NCBI GenBank assembly: GCA_963693365.1
Contig: CAVNZM010000011.1
Location: forward strand, 6,963,921-7,027,920
Length of the DNA stretch: 64,000 bases
Source of the DNA: Amoebidium appalachense
Lineage: Eukaryota > Protista > Ichthyosporea
Direction: 5' to 3'
Positions 45,082 to 64,000 of this stretch are shown here, piece by piece. Position 1 is the stretch's first letter. Each line of letters starts with the position of its first letter. The notes beneath the pieces are model-generated. The model had not been told where the DNA came from. It searched no databases and saw only the letters and a program-made list of their open reading frames with translations. The translations under genes were made by a program, and so were the position numbers.

Positions 45082-46399
45082 TTTAAAGTGTCCCGATTTG
45101 TATGAAACTAAGACTGAGTAAAATGATTAAATGACCAATCTGCACTACTCAATATTGTCACGGTATCTTTCAAGTTTTTGTACTGAAGCGCATAAAAGTG
45201 GAAGGAGAATGACAAGATAATGAGTAAAGTTGCGTAAGTCAAAACCTTGCTTGTAGCTGTTTTAACTGCATTACAATTTACTTTTAGAATAGAAAGTTGT
45301 GCAGACAAGCAGTGTTTCTCACAGCGGTATTCTTGCTAAATGAAATAAACTGAGGAATCAGTTCAGGAATTGAAAATGAAAAAGGAATACAGTGCTCCAA
45401 TAAAAAGGTTGCCAAACAGGTTTTTTCAGTGTTCGTTTCGTAACAGCGTTTCCGCCTTAAACTTTCCAACATATAGACTGTGTAAACACACATTCACCTT
45501 TCTGACACACAAAAAAAGGGAAAAAAACTCGAACAAGACAGAGGCCCAGTGCGCCCCGATAGTAATACGATTAAAATGTATTTATTTTGTATTTTTTTTA
45601 GTAACAAGTGTATCTGCACATGACAGACCACTGCTTGTATTATTTCTGTGACTTGATAGAATAAAGCGTTTGATCATGTTTGCCTCCCCGGACTCTGATG
45701 CAAGGGATAGCTTGGATACTGTAGTGCAAGGAAAAGTCTCAATATGCTGTCGAGTGCACGCATACGCGCACATGCAAAGTGTGGGAAGTGTTTCTGGTAG
45801 CACTGGCTTACTAGTGACTCTTGCTGCCTTTCGGTCTGACTGGCCGCATGCACCTGCGCAATGCATGCATGCATCAGATCATTTGGCTCGGCTCACGTAC
45901 ATATGCATGCTCCCTACAATATGGAAGATTATATATAGCTGTTGTTGTATACACTTTACTTCCTAAGCTGTATACAACACAATGAATGTGTTGATTTGCA
46001 TAACAACGGTATTTTTTCTCTTTTTTTGCCTTTTCTCTTTTTCCTTTTCTTTTTCTTTTAACCCGCGCAGGCAATTCACGCATAGTAATAGTCAAACGGT
46101 TCCCGGTCGCTGGCGGCCCGGCGGTCGAAAGACCGTCGTTAAGATCCGCTCAAAAGAAAATGGCAGATTAGATGCATGACTTTTGATAAGTTTATGCTAT
46201 ATCATTGGTTTGTTTGGGCCAAATGTTATTTGTGGGAATTTCACTCAGAGCTATCCACCAATCATATACGCGAGTTTCTAAGCCCTTGCTGATTGGTCGT
46301 TTCCGCACTTTGTTTGGGTGCGCCGCTTGTATCCGGCCGGTTCGAAGTCACGGTGAGCTCCCTCCGACCAGCTAACATGCAAGGCGCTCTCCAAGGCTT

Positions 46400-46990
46400 A
46401 TAATACATGCATTCTATATATACAAGACATTGTTATCGATGACGGCTCTACCATGCCCGGGCCCGTTGTACGGGGTTATTACATACCCCCCCCACCCCCC
46501 GCCCACAAAACCCCCCACGCGTACGGCCTCCCTCCCTAGCGCCCCCGGCCCGCCGGCGCCGCCCGCGGACTGCCATGGATCCGATCCGTTGCCCTTATCA
46601 TTAGCCCGTGTTCGTTGCCAACGTACGCATGCACTTTGAAATAATGCCAACGTACGCATGCACTCTGGAAAAAAGGCAAATGTACGCATGCATTCTGGAA
46701 AAAAGGCAAATGTACGCATGCACTCTGAAAATATTGCCAACGTACGCATGCACTTATCCTTAGCCCGTGTTTTGGCACACCGGGTCGTGACCTGGCCATG
46801 GCCGGGTACGTCGACGTGGGCGGCCCTAATATTAGAGGCTAATTTAGGCGTATCATGCGGCATGCACGTAGTACATGTGCATGCGCATATTGCGGCGTAC
46901 GTATACATGTACTGTATACGTACCCCCGTCCGCGGCCCCACACACATTATATATCGATAGTACACTTTGTCCAGAGAATGCCTATGTATA
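46400..46990. mobile_element. Degenerate TIR element with an internal tandem array, between divergent genes
   Basis: Patchy inverted similarity between 46400-46495 and 46905-46990 (ATACAT..GCATTCT, TATCGAT, ACGGGG.TA). Confidence 0.4.
46616..46755. repeat. ~30-bp minisatellite x5 (GCCAACGTACGCATGCACTCTGGAAAAAAG-like)
   Basis: Five GTACGCATGCA cores at ~30-bp spacing, flanked by the direct repeat CTTATC(A/C)TTAGCCCGTGTT. Confidence 0.9.
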
Positions 46991-47839
46991 TGGTTGCATT
47001 CGCATGCATTTGTATAGGTATAGCTGAGATTTCATTTAGGACAGGCTGAGCTTGAGTGTACTGAGCTTCCAGGTGGCGCTGCCGACAGGAAAAGCATCTT
47101 AACCGCGGACGCGTGTTGTGCCTATACCTTTCTTGATTGGTTATTTTTGCATCAAGGACGTCATCGTCCTAGCGGGCTGTCAGCTCACAGCTGGGACAAC
47201 TTCGAACGTGTGAGCCTCGGAGATCGTATGAGGAGCTTCACCCTCTGGAAAAATTGAGTGAATGACAGACACATCCCCTTGTCAAATGGTAGAGTAAAAT
47301 TGTTACATTGGGTTTTCGGATTTTATGCAGCAAAAACACATATTTGTTATTAACACAGCTTGTATAAGCTTAGCACGAGAGGCACGACATTTCTCATATA
47401 CCATAACAAGATCTACCGTTTACCCTTGGAGAGCCCTTATGCACGTCCGAGTGGATTAGTTTTTCCAATTCAGTTTGTATGATAATGCGCTTTGATTTTT
47501 TTTGATGTAAACATCAGGATAACCATCGGAGCGTTGTATTACAGTAGCGCAGGGCTTTGACATTGTACCTAAGCCTTTACCGGAGCCGCTATATTTGACC
47601 CCCCACTTTCTTCCCTACCCTCCCTCCTCCCCCCCTTCCCCCCCCCCCCCCCCCCTCCCCCCCCCCTCCCCCCCCCCCCCCCTTTCCCCCTCCCCACCAA
47701 GGTTTCCAACCTTCTCCTCCTTTCGTTTCTTTCCCTTCCCCCATAGCCTTCAATACCTCCCCCCTCCTCCCCCCCCTCCCCCGTCCCCCCTCTTCCCCCC
47801 CCCCCCCCCCCCTCCCCCCCCCCCCTCTCCCCTCCCCCC

Positions 47840-47870
<31 letters not shown>

Positions 47871-48131
47871 ACACACTAGCATATATAGCAGACCCTAGAA
47901 AACTCCTACGCATATATACCAAACCGTGGTCGTCCACTGGATCCTATCAAACATTTGATTTTTTTTCCAGATCAACACGAACATTAGAAGGAATAGCTTA
48001 CAGAAAAGTTCCGAAATTTGTCAGACAAGATCTTGTGACTTCGTTTTCCCTCAAAAAGGTGCACACACACACACACCCCTGCCGTACGCTACACTACCCA
48101 CTCAAGAACTACACAACCTACCCAAATCACA

Positions 48132-61337
<13,206 letters not shown>

Positions 61338-62078
61338 ATCACTTATTCGGTATTAATATGACTAACTATCCAACGCAAAAGTATATATCCAACCTGAACA
61401 CTGATATAAACCCAAACTTCAGGACCAAATCTCCTCCCTGGATAATCCGATTCCTTTCCGTGCACTGGTTTACGATCTGCGATTCGAACCGAAATCTCCA
61501 AAAAGGCAGAATTCAACCGACGAATTTGCCAAAGTACAACTGGTACTTGCCCCCCCCCCCCCCCCCCCCCTACCCCCCCCCCCCCTCCCCCTTTATTCAC
61601 ATGACCGACACCTCACTCCCCCCCCCCCCTCCCCCCCCCCAAACACACACACACACACACACACATAGACTCGCAATACCCTCTTCCCGCAAACCCTACC
61701 TTTTCCATCTCCCCCCCAGGCCCCCCTTTCATACAGACCCGCTATTACGTGTTGTTATCACCTCATGTCAGGCAACTACGCGCACTTGCACTCACATACA
61801 CAAACAACCACACACACACACACACTGTCTGTCTCTTTCCCCTCCCCGCCCCACTCCACTCGCCCCCCCCCCCCCCCTCCTCCCCCTCCCCCGCTCTATC
61901 TCCATCCCTTTCTTTCCCCCCTACACCCCCCCCTCGCCTTTCCTCCCCCCCTTACACTCCCTCTACCCCTTCCCCCCTTCCCCTTCTCTTCCCCCTTCCC
62001 CCTTCCCTCCCTCTCTCCTGTCCCTACTTATATGAGGGAGGTATCAGGGCTCAGGTGGGGGATGGAGGGAGGGGGGGA

Positions 62079-62122
<44 letters not shown>

Positions 62123-62280
62123 GGGGAGGGAGGAGGGGGAGGGAGGGAGAAGGGAAGAGGGGAAGGGGGGGGGGGGGGGGGGGGGGAGGAGCGGTGGGGG
62201 AGGGGGGGAGAGGAGGAGGGGAAGCACATGAAGTAGGATAAGGTTGGTATCTGCTCCAGCCAACAAAGATCATGCAACGT

Positions 62281-62502
62281 CATGTTGAGATAAATGACTG
62301 TTTAGTTATATGCCCCATGTTTAAAATGACGACTGTTTAGTTATATGCCCCATGTTTGAAATAAACGACTGTTTAGTTATATGCCCCATGTTTGAAATAA
62401 CGACTGTTTAGTTATATGCCCCATGTTTGATTTAACGACTGCTTAGTTATATGCCCCATGTTTGAAATAAACGACTGTTTAGCTCTATGCCCCATGTTTT
62501 AA
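62281..62502. repeat. 35-36-bp minisatellite x6 (GACTGTTTAGTTATATGCCCCATGTTTGAAATAAAC)
   Basis: Head-to-tail units with no unique spacers. Confidence 0.95.
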
Positions 62503-62844
62503 ACCAGTTAAAAAGTCTAGGCAGACATTTCAGTAAGAGCAGATCAATACAATATCACTGATCACGACCCAAGGCTTTGCATTCTTTGCCCAAATATGGA
62601 AATCTCCCTTTTCGGAGCGCCATGCGGATCTTAAAACCATCGAAGGTCCAAACCTTCTCACGTCATAGCGAAGGTAACGTGCCTTCACTGACCACAACCA
62701 GTACCGAATGTTTTGCCTGTAAATGGGTTTTTTGAACATTTAAACAAAGTTGAAAAATACTGCACTCAGTCTCTAAGCTCAAAACAACCAATCACAAATC
62801 AGGAGGCCACCCGACTGTCCAGTCCCGCCTACACGAGCCAATCA

Positions 62845-63404
62845 ATGGCGGCGGCCACCATTGAAATGAACGAGGAAGAGAGGACCTCGTTTGAGGCCAA
62901 GATGACACGAATGAGGGACATAGACGACGCTGTGCATACAGGTGGGTGTTAAAACCTTATCCCCCCTCCCCCCCCCCCCCCCCCCCTCTCCCTCCCCCCC
63001 ATCCCCCCTTTCACCCCTTCCTTCCTTCCCCTCCACCTTCCCTCCCTTGCCTCCCCACCCTCCTTCCCACCCTCCTTCCCACCCTCCAACCCCATCCCTC
63101 CCCACCTATCCTCCCTCCTTCCCCCTTCTCCCCCCCCCCCCCCCCCTCCCCCCCTCCCTACCCATATCCCCGCCCCCCCTCCTCCCCTCCCTCACTTCCC
63201 CCCCTTCCCATGGAGAGGGTTGAAGAGCCGACACCCTTTCGCTTTATGGAGGCATGGGGATCCCCTTGATGATGTATTAGGTTACATAACTCTTACGTGT
63301 GCATTAAAATCATTCTTTGGCATTTTTATGCTATGCTCTCGTTTTGTCGTTTTCTGTGTTCTTTTTTGAACGACATTACCCCAACCCCGAAGTATTCACA
63401 TACC

Positions 63405-63444
<40 letters not shown>

Positions 63445-63517
63445 ACAAAAAAAAAAAAAAAATTAAAAAACCTCCAACATGAATGCACACTGAAAAACAC
63501 TCGTGCTCACAACCACC

Positions 63518-63566
<49 letters not shown>

Positions 63567-63673
63567 ACCACCACCACCACCATCACCACGCGCAAGCAGG
63601 CACACACAAATACACACACTCGCACTCCATCTCTCTCACACACACACAACACGTACTCACACTCTTCCACACC

Positions 63674-63714
<41 letters not shown>

Positions 63715-63968
63715 ACAGAGATGCAGCTAGTGTCACTCTCCCACGCCGTCTGTCGAACGCACGCATCAGCAAAACACGTGCAAAACGTGTGCACGGACGT
63801 AATCGAATCTCTCCATCGCGCGGGATATGGAACATTGGTTGTGCGGGCAAAGGAATGCGCCAGAAGACGAGCCATGGGAATAGTGGATGGTGCTCTCTCA
63901 GCCAATGGAGACGTGAAAATTCCGAAAACGGACATTGCGGTTGGCTCGTTGCTGGATGAGGATCGGTG
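62845..63968 (+). CDS. First two exons of an unknown protein (continues beyond the window)
   Basis: 62845-62941 (MAAATIEMNEEERTSFEAKMTRMRDIDDAVHT) splices in phase 1 to 63719-63968 (EMQLVSLSHAVCR...LLDEDR). CCAAT boxes at ~62788 and ~62838 and a GC-box-like CCCGCC at ~62824 lie upstream. The start codon is tentative. Confidence 0.7.
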
Positions 63969-64000
63969 GTAATTGGGTTATGCTCGCCTCTGTGCCGTTT

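Noticed and set aside
62281-62502. CRISPR-like array (36-bp unit with GTTTAG...GTTTGAAA, superficially like type II repeats)
   Set aside because: Units are head-to-tail with no unique spacers, there are no cas genes, and the context is eukaryotic. It is a minisatellite.

Overview
Eukaryotic genomic DNA with spliceosomal introns. The species cannot be determined from the sequence; the gene content would fit a unicellular holozoan, which is inference only. Introns and spacers are packed with poly-G/poly-C runs and (CA)/(GT), (CT) and (CACG) microsatellites, so almost all ORFs in the supplied track are spurious. By joining phase-compatible GT(GC)-AG exons by hand I reconstruct six genes: (1) a ~905-aa secreted Cys-rich repeat protein (minus, 546-9194); (2) a type II membrane protein (minus, 12919-24462); (3) an intronless SERTA/IER-like ORF (minus, 26442-27047); (4) a 7-TM receptor-like protein (minus, ~36857-45081); (5) an N-terminal C2-domain protein (plus, 48132-~61337); and (6) the first two exons of an unknown gene (plus, from 62845). 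Mobile DNA includes a young non-autonomous Gypsy-type LTR element (30394-33946) nested in a TTAA-flanked MITE, several other foldback elements, and two short repeat families embedded in poly-G tracts. The most unusual signals are: ~40 same-strand ACGAA pentamers overwriting the decayed interior of the LTR element; diverged 'echo' copies of exon edges in neighbouring introns; the poly-G-anchored short elements with a shared terminus; and 3' splice sites with (CA)n in place of a pyrimidine tract. All counts and alignments are manual.
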